From positions 150,637 through 214,636 of the forward strand of contig JBBDQN010000031.1 of assembly GCA_040905905.1 (NCBI GenBank): a stretch of 64,000 bases of DNA, read 5' to 3'. Below, piece by piece: positions 1 through 10,465 of the stretch (its first letter is position 1; every line of letters begins with the position of its first letter). Under the pieces are notes generated by a model. The model was not told the origin of the DNA. It did no database searches and saw only the letters and a program-made list of their open reading frames with translations. A program made the position numbers and the translations under genes. The DNA is from Acidimicrobiia bacterium (GTDB lineage: Bacteria; Actinomycetota; Acidimicrobiia; Spongiisociales; ZC4RG35).

Positions 1-1
1 C

Positions 2-1630
2 GGCCCCGGCACCACCGTCGCCTCAACGACGACGGTCAGCCCGGACACCACGGGCACCGCTGGTGTGCCCAATGAGGGCTTGTTCGTGCATGCCGCCGAC
101 GACGAACCCACCTCTCTCGACCCCGCCCAGGTGGAACCGGGCGAGGGCGGTGAAACCATGATCCTTCAGGTGTACGAGCGTCTGGTGGAGATCTCGCCCG
201 AAGGCCCCGGACTGATACCCGGTCTCTCCACCGAGGTCCCGAGCTCCGACAACGGCCTTATCTCGGACGATGGCTTGACCTACACCTTTCCCATCCGTGA
301 GGGCGTCACGTTCCACGACGGCAGCCCGTTGACGGCCGACGACGTCAAATTCTCCTGGGACCGGGTGCTCACGATGGACCTGCCGGAAGGGAATGGCGGT
401 TTATTGGGCGACACCGTGGCCGAAACAGCGGTGATCGATGACTTCACCTTCGAAGTGACCCTTCAACAGCCGAACGCGGCATTCCTGACGACCGTGGTAA
501 CCGCTTCGGTCGCCGCCATCGTGAGCCAGGAGGTGGTCGAGGCCAACGGCGGGGTGGTGGCCGGTCAACCCAATGAGTTCATGGTGACGAACCCGATCGG
601 GACCGGACCCTATCGCTTCATCGCCTGGAATCGGGGCGAGAACCTCCAGTTCGAGATCTTCGAGGACTATTGGGGTGAGCCCGCCGCGCTTGATCTGAGG
701 ATCGATGTGGTGCCCGACCCCGATGTCCGGGTGCTCGGCCTGCGAGCCGGTGACTACGACATGATCGAGGCCGATCCCTCGTTCGTTCCAGATCTGGAAG
801 GCGCCGAAGGGGTAGTGATCTATAGCCAGGACTTCCTACTCGAGCCCATCCACATCGGCTTCAATCTCAACATCGCCGAAGGGACGCTTCCTCCCGAAGA
901 CACCATTCCGGTGGACTTCTTTGCAGATCCCCTGATCCGCCAGGCGTTCAACTTCGCCTTCGACTACCAGGCGTTCATCGATGGTGCCCTGGGAGGTTTC
1001 GGGGCCCCGGTGCCTCACTATTTCCCCCAGGGTGTACTCGGATATAGCGAGTCGGCCCCGGTGTATGAGCAAGACCTGGCCCGGGCCGAAGAACTCTTCC
1101 GCGAGGCCGGAGTGTGGGACGACGGGTTCACCGTCTCGGTGATCGCCGAGGAGGCCAACCTGTTCGAAACTGCTGCTCTGGTCTTGAAGGATTCTCTCGA
1201 AGGGCTCAACCCCAACTTCTCGGTGCGGGTCTTGGCGCTAGCCGAGGCCCAATTCGACGAGGCGCATGCCGCGAACCCGATTCCGTACGCCATGTGGGTC
1301 AAGAATGCCGATCCGTATGGTGATCCCCATGCCTTCATGTCCGATTACATCCATCCGGACGGAGCCTGGGGTGAGGTGCATGGATTCCGCAATGGGTATC
1401 AAGACGCCGATCTCATCGCCTCGCTCATCGACGAGGCATCCATCGAGACGGATTCCGATGCACGGGTCGCCATCTACAGCCAGCTCGCCGAGCTGCTCTA
1501 CAACGATCCGATGTGGATCATCGCTTCGAACGAAGTAGCCCTCAATGCTCATCGCGATTGGGTGCAGGGCTTTGTCATGAACCCGCTCTGGCCCCGGCCG
1601 AGCATCAAGTTCTTCTACCTGAGCAAGTAA
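2..1630 (+). CDS. ABC transporter substrate-binding protein, family 5 (peptide/nickel, DppA/OppA-like). The 5' end is truncated by the window edge; an in-frame Thr-rich linker lies upstream of the first GTG at 65.
   Basis: 521-aa ORF with SBP_bac_5-like sequence. The in-frame upstream codons are Thr-rich, like the paralogous SBP at 37355. Permease and ATPase genes follow immediately. Confidence 0.8.
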   Translation, partial: GPGTTVASTTTVSPDTTGTAGVPNEGLFVHAADDEPTSLDPAQVEPGEGGETMILQVYERLVEISPEGPGLIPGLSTEVPSSDNGLISDDGLTYTFPIREGVTFHDGSPLTADDVKFSWDRVLTMDLPEGNGGLLGDTVAETAVIDDFTFEVTLQQPNAAFLTTVVTASVAAIVSQEVVEANGGVVAGQPNEFMVTNPIGTGPYRFIAWNRGENLQFEIFEDYWGEPAALDLRIDVVPDPDVRVLGLRAGDYDMIEADPSFVPDLEGAEGVVIYSQDFLLEPIHIGFNLNIAEGTLPPEDTIPVDFFADPLIRQAFNFAFDYQAFIDGALGGFGAPVPHYFPQGVLGYSESAPVYEQDLARAEELFREAGVWDDGFTVSVIAEEANLFETAALVLKDSLEGLNPNFSVRVLALAEAQFDEAHAANPIPYAMWVKNADPYGDPHAFMSDYIHPDGAWGEVHGFRNGYQDADLIASLIDEASIETDSDARVAIYSQLAELLYNDPMWIIASNEVALNAHRDWVQGFVMNPLWPRPSIKFFYLSK

Positions 1631-1639
1631 GTAATCGAG

Positions 1640-1680
1640 CTGGCGCCTGTCTTTAAACAGCGGGCGCCAGTTCCATTTTC
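1640..1680 (+). terminator. Stem-loop (8-bp perfect arms CTGGCGCC/GGCGCCAG) followed by a T-rich tract, lying between the SBP gene and the permease gene. Likely an intrinsic attenuator or terminator.
   Basis: An inverted repeat is directly visible at 1640-1670, followed by ttccattttc. A hairpin placed after the SBP gene is typical of differential SBP expression. Confidence 0.45.
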
Positions 1681-1704
1681 GGCTAGAACAACCAGAACCG
1701 CCAC

Positions 1705-2718
1705 ATGCAGATCCGTGATTATGTCCTCCGCAGGTTGATGATCCTTCCTCTGCTGGTGGTGGGCACCTCGATCATCGTTTTTACATTGACGAGGATCGGG
1801 GGATCGCCAATCGGGATTTATCTCTCACATGAGATGACCCCCGACGAGGTCGCCGAGCTCGAGGAGCGCTTTCACCTCGACGACCCCCTCCCGGTTCAAT
1901 ACTTCTACTGGGTGGGCGGGGTGCTGCGGGGAGACCTGGGCTGGTCCGGAGTGGCGGCCGCCCCGGTGACCCAGGTGTTTCCCGACAAGCTCGGAGCAAC
2001 GATGGAACTGGCGGTGGCCGCCGGGATCGTGGCCGTGGTACTCGGCATCGGACTCGGGACCTTCGCCGGCGCCCGCCGCAATCGTCTTCCCGATCATCTG
2101 GCACGAGTGTTCTCGATTAGTGGAGCGAGCATGCCTGTCTTCTGGTTCGCGATCGTGTTGCTAATCGTCTTTTGGGTGTACCTCGGCTGGTTCCCCACGG
2201 GGCGATCCGATCCCAACCTGTTCGGGAGCATCGCCCATCCGACCGGGCTCTACACGCTCGATGCTCTTCTGGCCGGGAACTTCCGTGCTTTCTTTGACGC
2301 AATCTGGCATTTGACATTGCCGGCGATAACCCTCGGCTACGGCACAACCGCGTTGATCGCACGGATGATGCGATCGTCGTTGGTGGAAGAGTTGGGGGAG
2401 GACTACGTCGATGCCGCCCGGGCCAAGGGTCTGCCCGAGCGACTGGTGCTCCGCCGCCATGCCCGTCGCAACGCTTTGATTCCCACCGTCACTGTCATCG
2501 GGCTTAGCTTCGGGTTTCTCCTGCAGGGCACCGTGGTCGTGGAGATCATCTATCGCTGGCCGGGCCTGGGCAGGTGGATGGCCGACGCGGTGCTTAGGGG
2601 CGACCAGGCCACCATCATGGCCTATGTTCTTTTCACGAGCGTCTTGTTCCTGGTCGTCAACCTCGTAGTCGATGTGATGTACGCCTACCTCGATCGCCGC
2701 GTCGTCCTGGGGACTTGA
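1705..2718 (+). CDS. ABC transporter permease (DppB/OppB-like)
   Basis: 337 aa with multiple transmembrane segments and a BPD_transp_1-like core; it sits within a Dpp-type operon. Confidence 0.85.
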   Translation: MQIRDYVLRRLMILPLLVVGTSIIVFTLTRIGGSPIGIYLSHEMTPDEVAELEERFHLDDPLPVQYFYWVGGVLRGDLGWSGVAAAPVTQVFPDKLGATMELAVAAGIVAVVLGIGLGTFAGARRNRLPDHLARVFSISGASMPVFWFAIVLLIVFWVYLGWFPTGRSDPNLFGSIAHPTGLYTLDALLAGNFRAFFDAIWHLTLPAITLGYGTTALIARMMRSSLVEELGEDYVDAARAKGLPERLVLRRHARRNALIPTVTVIGLSFGFLLQGTVVVEIIYRWPGLGRWMADAVLRGDQATIMAYVLFTSVLFLVVNLVVDVMYAYLDRRVVLGT

Positions 2719-2719
2719 G

Positions 2720-3640
2720 ATGACCGATGTCGTAGTTGCGCCAGTGCGGATTTCGGTCGGCAGCCGGCTGGGAGTCCGGTTGAAGCGCTTCGGCGAGGTC
2801 GCCCGCGAGGTTTTGCGCAACCCCACAACCGTCGTCGGACTTTTCGTGATTGTGGCAATGATCGGCATGGCATTGCTGGCACCTGTGCTGACGGAGGCCA
2901 ACACTCCCGACCCATACCAGATGCCCCGAGACTGGGGGGCTCTCAATGAGCCACCGGGAACTCCCGGCTTCCCCCTCGGCACCACCTCCCACGGCGGCGA
3001 TGTTCTCTATGGCGTGGTTTGGGGGGCGCGGACGTCCTTGCGGCTGTCCCTGATCGTCGTGGGGGCGACCGTGACGATCGGCCTGATCGTCGGCAGCCTC
3101 GCCGGATTTCTTGGCGGGAAAGTGGATGAGATCTTGATGCGGATCGTCGACGTTTTCCTTTCCATTCCCGAACTGATCTTCGCCCTGGCCATCGCGGCGG
3201 TGCTTGGACCTTCCTTTGGCAACATCATCCTTGCTCTGGCTGTGGTGTTCTGGGTCAAGTACGCCCGCCTCATCCGTGGCCAGATCATCCATGTGAAAGG
3301 GAACGATTACGTCGATGCCGCCAGGGTGATCGGCGACTCCGGATTCTCTATCTATCGGCGCGACGTCTTGCCCAACTCGATTACACCCATCATTGTCCAG
3401 GCCACCCTCGACATGGGCCACATCGTGCTCGTCGGGGCCACCCTGAGCTTCATCGGTCTGGCCGAAGCAGGCCTGGCCGAATGGGGTGTCCTGGTCTCAG
3501 ATGGCCAGGCTGGCATCTCGGCCGGTAGGTGGTGGGCCTCCACCTTCCCAGGGGCAATGGTGTTCTTGTGGGCCCTGGCCTTCAATCTGGTGGGGGACGG
3601 TCTTCGTGACGTGCTTGACCCCAGGACCGAGAAGCGGTGA
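2720..3640 (+). CDS. ABC transporter permease (DppC/OppC-like)
   Basis: 306-aa membrane protein with a permease signature region. It lies 1 nt after the previous stop. Confidence 0.85.
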   Translation: MTDVVVAPVRISVGSRLGVRLKRFGEVAREVLRNPTTVVGLFVIVAMIGMALLAPVLTEANTPDPYQMPRDWGALNEPPGTPGFPLGTTSHGGDVLYGVVWGARTSLRLSLIVVGATVTIGLIVGSLAGFLGGKVDEILMRIVDVFLSIPELIFALAIAAVLGPSFGNIILALAVVFWVKYARLIRGQIIHVKGNDYVDAARVIGDSGFSIYRRDVLPNSITPIIVQATLDMGHIVLVGATLSFIGLAEAGLAEWGVLVSDGQAGISAGRWWASTFPGAMVFLWALAFNLVGDGLRDVLDPRTEKR

Positions 3641-4860
3641 GCCTCGGCTCGAAAGCGAATACATCGACTGACAACAATCCGTTGCTCGTCGCTTCGGTGG
3701 AGGACCTCGCCGTGCATTTTCAAACCAAGGCGGGGACCGTGCATGCGGTGGACGGTGTGTCATTCCAGATTCGCGGCGATGAGACGCTCGGGCTGGTGGG
3801 GGAAACGGGCTGTGGAAAGAGTGTGACCGCCCGGTCTTTCCTTCGACTGATCGCTACTCCGCCCGGTATCTTCGCTCGGGGCCGCATTCGCTTCTGGTCG
3901 CGCGAGGCGCGCGACCGCGGGACTGAACCCGTCGATCTGTTGACCATCCCTTTATCCAGGCTGCGGGAGATACGAGGGAACCGGATTGCGATGATCTTCC
4001 AGGATCCCGGCAAGTCACTCAACCCGGCGATGTCGATCCGCGAGCAGGTGGCCGAGGTGTTCTATCAGCACCGGTCCGAAGACCTGTTGGCGGGGCTCAA
4101 TGGGAAGGTGCCGGCCACAGTTCGCCGTCACGCCCGCCAGCAAACGACGGCCGCCGAGCGAATGTTGTTACGAGTGCCGCCCTTGCGGTCTTATGGCCGC
4201 AAGCTGCAAACCCGGGTCGACGACCTGGTGGGGGAGGCCCTGGCCGAAACTCAGATATCCAACCCGCGCAAGATCATGGCCAGCTATCCGCACGAGTTGT
4301 CAGGGGGCATGAAACAAAGGGTGATGATCGCCCAGGCGCTCGCGTGCAATCCCGACCTGCTCATCGCCGACGAGCCCACCACCGCCCTCGATGTCACCGT
4401 TCAGGCGCGGATTCTCGAGCTGATCCGAGAATTGCAGCATCGCCGTCGGACCTCGGTCCTCTACATATCACACAACCTGTCTTTGGTGAAGAGGATCTGT
4501 GACCGGGTGGCCGTCATGTATGCCGGGCGGATCGCCGAAGTGGGGACGAGCGGGTCGGTCTTTGAGGAACACCTCCACCCTTACACCCGCGGTCTCCTCG
4601 CGGCGATACCCTCACGAGAGCACTCCCGGGGCGGGTTGGCGGCGATCGAAGGCACGGTGCCGGAACTGGTTGACCCGCTTCCTTCCTGTCGGTTCCACAC
4701 TCGCTGTCGCTACGCGGTGGAGTTGTGCTCGAGAGAGGATCCTCCTCTTCGGAGTCATGTCGACACCAGCCACCCGGTAGCTTGTTTCGCATACGAATCG
4801 GCCAGCGAATGGAATGTGGGACCGGATCGCCTGCCCGATCTGGAGAAGCCCACGAGATGA
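3637..4860 (+). CDS. ABC transporter ATP-binding protein (DppD/OppD-like). It carries an insertion of roughly 70 aa between the Walker A and the signature motif.
   Basis: Walker A GETGCGKS, signature LSGGMKQR, Walker [13 protein letters not shown] and the oligopeptide C-terminal motif CRFHTRC. The GTG start overlaps the upstream stop (GTGA). Confidence 0.85.
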   Translation: MSLGSKANTSTDNNPLLVASVEDLAVHFQTKAGTVHAVDGVSFQIRGDETLGLVGETGCGKSVTARSFLRLIATPPGIFARGRIRFWSREARDRGTEPVDLLTIPLSRLREIRGNRIAMIFQDPGKSLNPAMSIREQVAEVFYQHRSEDLLAGLNGKVPATVRRHARQQTTAAERMLLRVPPLRSYGRKLQTRVDDLVGEALAETQISNPRKIMASYPHELSGGMKQRVMIAQALACNPDLLIADEPTTALDVTVQARILELIRELQHRRRTSVLYISHNLSLVKRICDRVAVMYAGRIAEVGTSGSVFEEHLHPYTRGLLAAIPSREHSRGGLAAIEGTVPELVDPLPSCRFHTRCRYAVELCSREDPPLRSHVDTSHPVACFAYESASEWNVGPDRLPDLEKPTR

Positions 4861-6197
4861 TCACCACCAATTCCGCCACCGCCTCGCCGTCACCGGTCAA
4901 TGCCGGTGATCCACTCATCACGGTCGTTGGCTTGCGCAAGTACTTCCCGATCAAGCAGGGGGTCATGCAGCAAGTGGTGGGCCACGTCAAGGCCGTCGAC
5001 GGCGTCAGCTTCGAAGTTCGCCAGGGTCAGACCGTGGGTCTGGTGGGGGAAAGCGGGTGCGGCAAGACCACCCTCGGCCGTTGTATCAGCGGTCTTTCGG
5101 TGCCGACCGCAGGCGGAGTGTATTTCCAGCTTCCGGACAACCTGCGGGTACGGCTCGAGGAGTTGTTGGCCAAAGCTCAACTCGACCCGACCGAGCTGGA
5201 CGAACTGGCGCGCATCGATAGCGGCCATCGAGTGGACCAGATGAGAGGCGACCGGTGGCGGCGGTACCGGCGCAACTGTCAGGTGGTGTTCCAGGATGCC
5301 TACAGCTCGCTCAATCCGCGGCATCTGGTCGAGGACATCGTGGGCCGGCCCCTTCGCGTCTACAAGGAGGCATCGGGAAGCGAGCTCACGGAACGGGTGG
5401 TCGCCTTGCTGGAGAGTGTGGGGATGGGACGCCAGCACCTTCTTCGTTATCCCCATCAATTCTCCGGAGGCCAGAGACAACGGATCTCCATCGCCCGGGC
5501 GTTGGCTTTGGATCCCGACTTCATTGTCCTCGACGAGCCGACCAGTGCCCTCGATGTCTCGGTGCAAGCCCAAATCCTCAATCTTTTGCACGAACTGCAA
5601 AGGAAACTGGGTCTCACATATCTGTTCATCTCTCACGACCTTGGGGTGGTACGGCACATGAGTGATCGCATCGTCGTCATGTATGTGGGTGAGGTGATGG
5701 AGGCCGGCCCAGCCGCTCGCGTGTTTGCCGACCCGCTTCATCCCTATACCGAGGCGTTACTGGAAGCCAACCCCGACCTCGCAGGGGGATCGGGCGAGAT
5801 GCAGGGTCTCGAAGGCTCAGTGCCCGACCCTGCCCGCCCGCCGGCCGGATGCCGGTTTCACACCCGCTGTCCCGTGGCGACGGCTCGATGTGGATGGGAG
5901 GTGGACGACGCGGTCGGCTGGTTACTCGAGCAGGCCATGCTTGGTAGCGGGGTGGTGGGAGTCCAACGGTCGTCGCCGTTCGATGCCGAATTGTCCTTCC
6001 ACACCGAATCGGATGCCGCCGCGGTTGCAGCCGCCCTCGAGACCGGTCCCCTGCCGCCGCCACTCCGGGCGGCTTTGACCCAGGTTCATCATGATTCCCG
6101 GAAGGTCAGAATTCGCCTGACCGAGGTCGACCCGGTTGTGCTGGCGGAGGTCGAGCCGGACCGGTCAACCTCGTGCATCCTCCGCACCGGCCTTTAG
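4857..6197 (+). CDS. ABC transporter ATP-binding protein (DppF/OppF-like). It has a C-terminal extension of roughly 100 aa beyond the CRFHTRCP motif.
   Basis: Walker A GESGCGKTT, signature FSGGQRQR and Walker B FIVLDEPTSALD. The ATG at 4857 overlaps the upstream stop (ATGA); the longer six-frame ORF from 4725 is rejected. Confidence 0.8.
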   Translation: MITTNSATASPSPVNAGDPLITVVGLRKYFPIKQGVMQQVVGHVKAVDGVSFEVRQGQTVGLVGESGCGKTTLGRCISGLSVPTAGGVYFQLPDNLRVRLEELLAKAQLDPTELDELARIDSGHRVDQMRGDRWRRYRRNCQVVFQDAYSSLNPRHLVEDIVGRPLRVYKEASGSELTERVVALLESVGMGRQHLLRYPHQFSGGQRQRISIARALALDPDFIVLDEPTSALDVSVQAQILNLLHELQRKLGLTYLFISHDLGVVRHMSDRIVVMYVGEVMEAGPAARVFADPLHPYTEALLEANPDLAGGSGEMQGLEGSVPDPARPPAGCRFHTRCPVATARCGWEVDDAVGWLLEQAMLGSGVVGVQRSSPFDAELSFHTESDAAAVAAALETGPLPPPLRAALTQVHHDSRKVRIRLTEVDPVVLAEVEPDRSTSCILRTGL

Positions 6198-7219
6198 GCG
6201 GGTGCAGGACCGGTCGAGCGACGCACTACCAAAACCGGGGCGAGGCGAATCGAGACCGGGTTCGACCCCTTGGGATCCAGGAGGATGTCGAGCATCAACT
6301 CGGCCGCTTTCACCCCAATTTGGTAATGGGGAATGTGGACCGTGGTGAGTGGTGGAGAGAGTTTGTCGGCGAAAGGGATGTCGTTGTAACCGACTACCGA
6401 GACATCGCCTCCGATCGAGCGGCCAACATCGTTGAGGACGTCATAACAGCCTATGGCGATCAGGTCATTGGCTGCCACCACAGCGGTGAAGTCGATGCCC
6501 CGGTCGACCAGAGCCCGAAAGGCCTTGGCGCCGGGATCCTCGTGGTACCAGTCGGCGAAGACCACAAGGTTGGGGTCAACGTCGAGTCCTTCGGTTTTCA
6601 TCCAGGCGAGAAAGCTCTGATAGCGAGAAAGGCCGGTAGAGACGTGCTGTGGTCCTCCCACGTGGGCGATGCTGGTGTGACCCAGCCCCACCAGATGGCG
6701 CACCGCTTGACCGATCCCGGCGTGATCGTCGGCGGTGACCGCCGGAACATGGCGGGTATCAACCGTCCGGTTCACCAGGACTACCGGTACTCCGGCGGCG
6801 ACCAATTCGTCGATTGCTGGTGTCTCTCGATGGGCGGTGGCGAGGATCAGCCCGTCAACCCTCCGGTGCATCATCGAAGCGATGAGATGCTGTTCCCGTT
6901 GGCCGTCGTTGTCGGTGTTGCCCAGGATGAGGGTGTAATCAGCGACTCCGAGGATGTCCTCGACCCCGCGGACGATGGGAGGAAAGAGCGGGTTGGTCAG
7001 GTCGGGCAGCAGCATCCCGATGGTGAAAGTCTTGTTGGTCTTCAACCCCCTGGCCAACGAATTGGGGCGATAGCCGAGTTCGCGCGCCGCCCGTAGAACT
7101 CGCTCGGTAGTGGCGTCGTTCACGAGGACGCGGGTGGCCTCATTGAGGGCGCGGGACACCGTAGATGGATGGACGCCGGCCCGTATGGCCACTTCGCGAA
7201 GGGTCGCTGACTTCAACAC
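6194..7219 (-). CDS. LacI family transcriptional regulator
   Basis: N-terminal HTH LKSATLREVAIRAGVHPSTVSRALN followed by a periplasmic-binding-fold sugar-binding domain; GTG start. Confidence 0.85.
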   Translation of the reverse strand: MLKSATLREVAIRAGVHPSTVSRALNEATRVLVNDATTERVLRAARELGYRPNSLARGLKTNKTFTIGMLLPDLTNPLFPPIVRGVEDILGVADYTLILGNTDNDGQREQHLIASMMHRRVDGLILATAHRETPAIDELVAAGVPVVLVNRTVDTRHVPAVTADDHAGIGQAVRHLVGLGHTSIAHVGGPQHVSTGLSRYQSFLAWMKTEGLDVDPNLVVFADWYHEDPGAKAFRALVDRGIDFTAVVAANDLIAIGCYDVLNDVGRSIGGDVSVVGYNDIPFADKLSPPLTTVHIPHYQIGVKAAELMLDILLDPKGSNPVSIRLAPVLVVRRSTGPAPA

Positions 7220-7449
7220 AATCAGATTCTACGCGCCGTGTGACGGCTCCAACCTCGTCCCGGCGATGAGCTGGGCCCGAAGCGACGTCAGGTAGCGGAC
7301 ATTTCGTCCTTCCAGACCAGCAGGCCGGACACAGGCCACCTCGCGGTAAGTGGTGGTGGTCTGCACAACCTGAAGGGGTCAAGCGCGTTATACAGGGAGT
7401 CTGCCGGCCTCAGCCGGCCAGGAACGCAGAAGTCAGGACGCACCACGTA

Positions 7450-8940
7450 ATGACCCTCGAGATCGTCGACCGCGCCAATGCCCACCAATCTCGAATCGCG
7501 ATCATCGATCAGACCGGAGAACACACCTACGCGGAACTTGCATCGGCGTCAGCCGAGGTGGCGACTGCGCTGTTGGGGGATCAACCCGATCTCAGTGAGG
7601 AGCGGGTCGTCTTCATGGTCGACCCCTCGTTCGACTACGTCCGTATTCAGTGGGGGATCTGGCGAGCCGGAGGAGTAGCGGTTCCTCTGTGCCTGACTCA
7701 TCCCCCCGCTGAACTCGGCTACGTGCTCGACGACGCCAGGCCCACCACCGTTGTGGGTGGACCTCTATTCGACGATCTTCTTCGGCCGCTCGCAGCCGAG
7801 CGAGGTATCCATTACCTGCGTTCGAAAGAGCTTGGCGTCCGCATCGGTCAGCTCCCCCAGATTGCGCGAGATAGGCGGGCCATGATGCTGTACACCAGTG
7901 GCACTACCGGACGCCCCAAAGGGGTCGTCACCACCCACGCCAACATCGCCGCACAGATCGCGTCCCTCGTCCAGGCATGGGAATGGGGGGCGGCCGATCG
8001 AATACTCCTCACCCTCCCGCTTCACCACGTGCACGGCATCGTGAACGTCGTCTCCTGCGCTCTATGGGCGGGAGCAGTGTGCGACATGGCTTCGGGGTTC
8101 GACGCCGAAGCCATATGGGCCCGGCTGTCTTCGGGTGATTTAACCCTCTATATGGCCGTGCCGACCATATACCACCGGCTAATTGCCGCCTGGAATCAGG
8201 CGGACCGTGATCGCCAAAGAGGCTGGTCGGAAGGTTGCCAACGGCTGCGGCTCATGGTTTCAGGGTCCGCGGCGCTTCCCGTGCCCGTACTGGAGAGCTG
8301 GCGCGAGATCAGCGGCCAGACCTTGCTTGAACGGTACGGCATGACCGAAATCGGCATGGCGCTTTCGAACCCCCTTAGAGGCGAGCGCATCCCCGGCCAC
8401 GTCGGCCGTCCCCTTCCTGGCGTCGAGGCGCGATTGGTGGACGAACACGATCAGCCGGTTGGCGACGGCGTCGTCGGAGAGGTTCAAATCCGGGGCGACA
8501 ACGTGTTTCTTGAATATTGGGATAGGCCCGAGGCCACCGAGGCTGCATTCGCTTCCGGCGACTGGTTTCGTACTGGCGACGTCGCGGTATGCCACGACGG
8601 TCTCTACCGGATTCTCGGTCGGGCATCGATCGACATCATCAAGACCGGCGGCGAGAAAGTCTCGGCACTCGAGATCGAAGCGGTGATTTTGACGCATGAA
8701 CAAGTCGAGGAGTGCGCGGTGGTGGGACTTGACGATCCCGAATGGGGCCAGCGCCTGGTGGCGGCGGTGGTGCCGATCTCGGGACAAGTTCCCACCGCAG
8801 AGTCGTTGCGCGGCTGGTGTAGGGAGCGTTTGGCGCCCTACAAAGTTCCAAAGGACTGGCACCTGGTTACCGAACTGCCTCGCAATGCCATGGGAAAGGT
8901 GACCAAGCCCGATTTGGTCAGGCTGCTCATTCAGGTCTGA
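7450..8940 (+). CDS. AMP-dependent synthetase/ligase (acyl-CoA or aryl-CoA ligase)
   Basis: AMP-binding motif MLYTSGTTGRPKGV, plus GEI..RGDNV and YRTGD motifs. Confidence 0.85.
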   Translation: MTLEIVDRANAHQSRIAIIDQTGEHTYAELASASAEVATALLGDQPDLSEERVVFMVDPSFDYVRIQWGIWRAGGVAVPLCLTHPPAELGYVLDDARPTTVVGGPLFDDLLRPLAAERGIHYLRSKELGVRIGQLPQIARDRRAMMLYTSGTTGRPKGVVTTHANIAAQIASLVQAWEWGAADRILLTLPLHHVHGIVNVVSCALWAGAVCDMASGFDAEAIWARLSSGDLTLYMAVPTIYHRLIAAWNQADRDRQRGWSEGCQRLRLMVSGSAALPVPVLESWREISGQTLLERYGMTEIGMALSNPLRGERIPGHVGRPLPGVEARLVDEHDQPVGDGVVGEVQIRGDNVFLEYWDRPEATEAAFASGDWFRTGDVAVCHDGLYRILGRASIDIIKTGGEKVSALEIEAVILTHEQVEECAVVGLDDPEWGQRLVAAVVPISGQVPTAESLRGWCRERLAPYKVPKDWHLVTELPRNAMGKVTKPDLVRLLIQV

Positions 8941-8998
8941 TGCTGGGGTCGATAACGCGTTCTAGCTGGCTGTTCGCCCGGGGAGAAGGAGCGCTGAA

Positions 8999-9406
8999 CT
9001 AAGCGAGCGGCACTATGGCGTCGATCTCGACCAGGAATTCGGGTTGCGCAAGCGAAGCGACGATTAGCAGGGTGTTAGCCGGGGGTGGCGAGGGAAAGAA
9101 CTCAGTTCTCACCCTGCTCACGGCCGAGCGATCTTCCAGCCGGGTCAGATAGACCGTGGTTCGGGCCACGTGGGCCATTGAGGCGCCGGCCTTTTCGACG
9201 ATCCGCTCGAGATTGATCAAAACCTGGCGAGCTTGAGCTTCGGCGTCGCCGTCACCGACCAGGTTTCCCATTTCGTCCAGAGCGACCTGACCTGCCACGA
9301 ACAACATCCGGCCCGAGGCCACGATCCCATGCGAGTAGTGCCCAGCCGGCGGTGCCAATCCATTGGGGACTATCTCAGTGCGCTCGAAAGGCATATCCGG
9401 CCTCAA
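8999..9406 (-). CDS. RidA/YjgF/TdcF family protein (reactive enamine/imine deaminase)
   Basis: 135 aa of the YjgF family; it overlaps the upstream gene by 4 nt. Confidence 0.75.
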   Translation of the reverse strand: MRPDMPFERTEIVPNGLAPPAGHYSHGIVASGRMLFVAGQVALDEMGNLVGDGDAEAQARQVLINLERIVEKAGASMAHVARTTVYLTRLEDRSAVSRVRTEFFPSPPPANTLLIVASLAQPEFLVEIDAIVPLA

Positions 9407-10398
9407 CCAACGTCTACGACGTCGACCGCTTGTCCCGAAGCTGCTGCTGCAACGGCAGCCTCGAGTACGGCCACCACCCGCATGCCCTCCTGGCCGCCCG
9501 TCTCGGGTGTGGCTCCGGTCGTTATGCAGCTGGCGAACTCAGCCAGTTCGTCGGCGACGGTATCGAGTTGGGCCACCTCAAGAGGCTGCGGTTCGCGTTC
9601 GGAGATTGTCTGCATGCTCAGCCTCTTTCCATCGAGGTCGTTCCACACCGCGGCCTTGGTGCCTATGACTCCATTGCGAACCGTCGGTGGTGCTACGTAG
9701 CTCGTCACGAGGGAACCAACCACCCCATTCTCAAACTCGAGAACAAGGACAGTCGCATCGTCGAGCCTGGTCCTCTTCAGGAGGCTATTGCTTTGCGCCG
9801 CGACTCTCTTGATGGGGCCGATCAAATAGTGCATGTTGTCGATCTGATGGACCCCCATACCGGTCATGCCCGACAACGGGCTCTCGGCCGGATCGGCCCT
9901 CCAGCTGTGCGGATCGATGCTCAAACCTCTGCCTCCTGCGTGGTGAGCCTCAACGGCGACCACCCGGCCCAACTCTCCCGCATCGATCATTTCCTTGACC
10001 TGTCGGTTCGCCGGCTGCCGGCGCTTGTTGTGGCCCACTTGCAACACCACCCCTGCCTCGGCTGCCGCCTGGATGCAGCGGCGGGCATCCTCGACCGTGA
10101 GAGTTAGGGGTTTCTCGACGAACACGTGCTTGCCGGCCCCGGCTGCAGCGACCGCGAGAGGAGCATGGCTCGAGTGGGAGGTTGCCAAAAGGACTCCGTC
10201 AACATCGGGATCGGCCAGCAACGACTCATATGAATCAGCTTCGGGGATCTGCTGTTCCGCGGCGAAGGCCTTGCGTGAATCCACGGTTCGGGCAAAACAG
10301 GCCACGATCTCGGCCGTCCCCGACGCCCGCACCGCCTTGACCAGTTCGCCTCCCCACCAGCCCAGCCCCACAATCGCCAATCGTGGCTTCTCGCCCAT
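9403..10398 (-). CDS. Gfo/Idh/MocA family NAD(P)-dependent oxidoreductase
   Basis: Rossmann N-terminus LAIVGLGWWGG. The ATG at 10398 is preceded by the RBS GAGGAGGAG; the longer ORF to 10431 is rejected. Confidence 0.8.
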   Translation of the reverse strand: MGEKPRLAIVGLGWWGGELVKAVRASGTAEIVACFARTVDSRKAFAAEQQIPEADSYESLLADPDVDGVLLATSHSSHAPLAVAAAGAGKHVFVEKPLTLTVEDARRCIQAAAEAGVVLQVGHNKRRQPANRQVKEMIDAGELGRVVAVEAHHAGGRGLSIDPHSWRADPAESPLSGMTGMGVHQIDNMHYLIGPIKRVAAQSNSLLKRTRLDDATVLVLEFENGVVGSLVTSYVAPPTVRNGVIGTKAAVWNDLDGKRLSMQTISEREPQPLEVAQLDTVADELAEFASCITTGATPETGGQEGMRVVAVLEAAVAAAASGQAVDVVDVG

Positions 10399-10465
10399 GC
10401 CAGACTCCTCCTCGAGTCCTGCAAAGTACACGATTGTCCATAATTGTGCTCAGGTCGGTCGCGAC

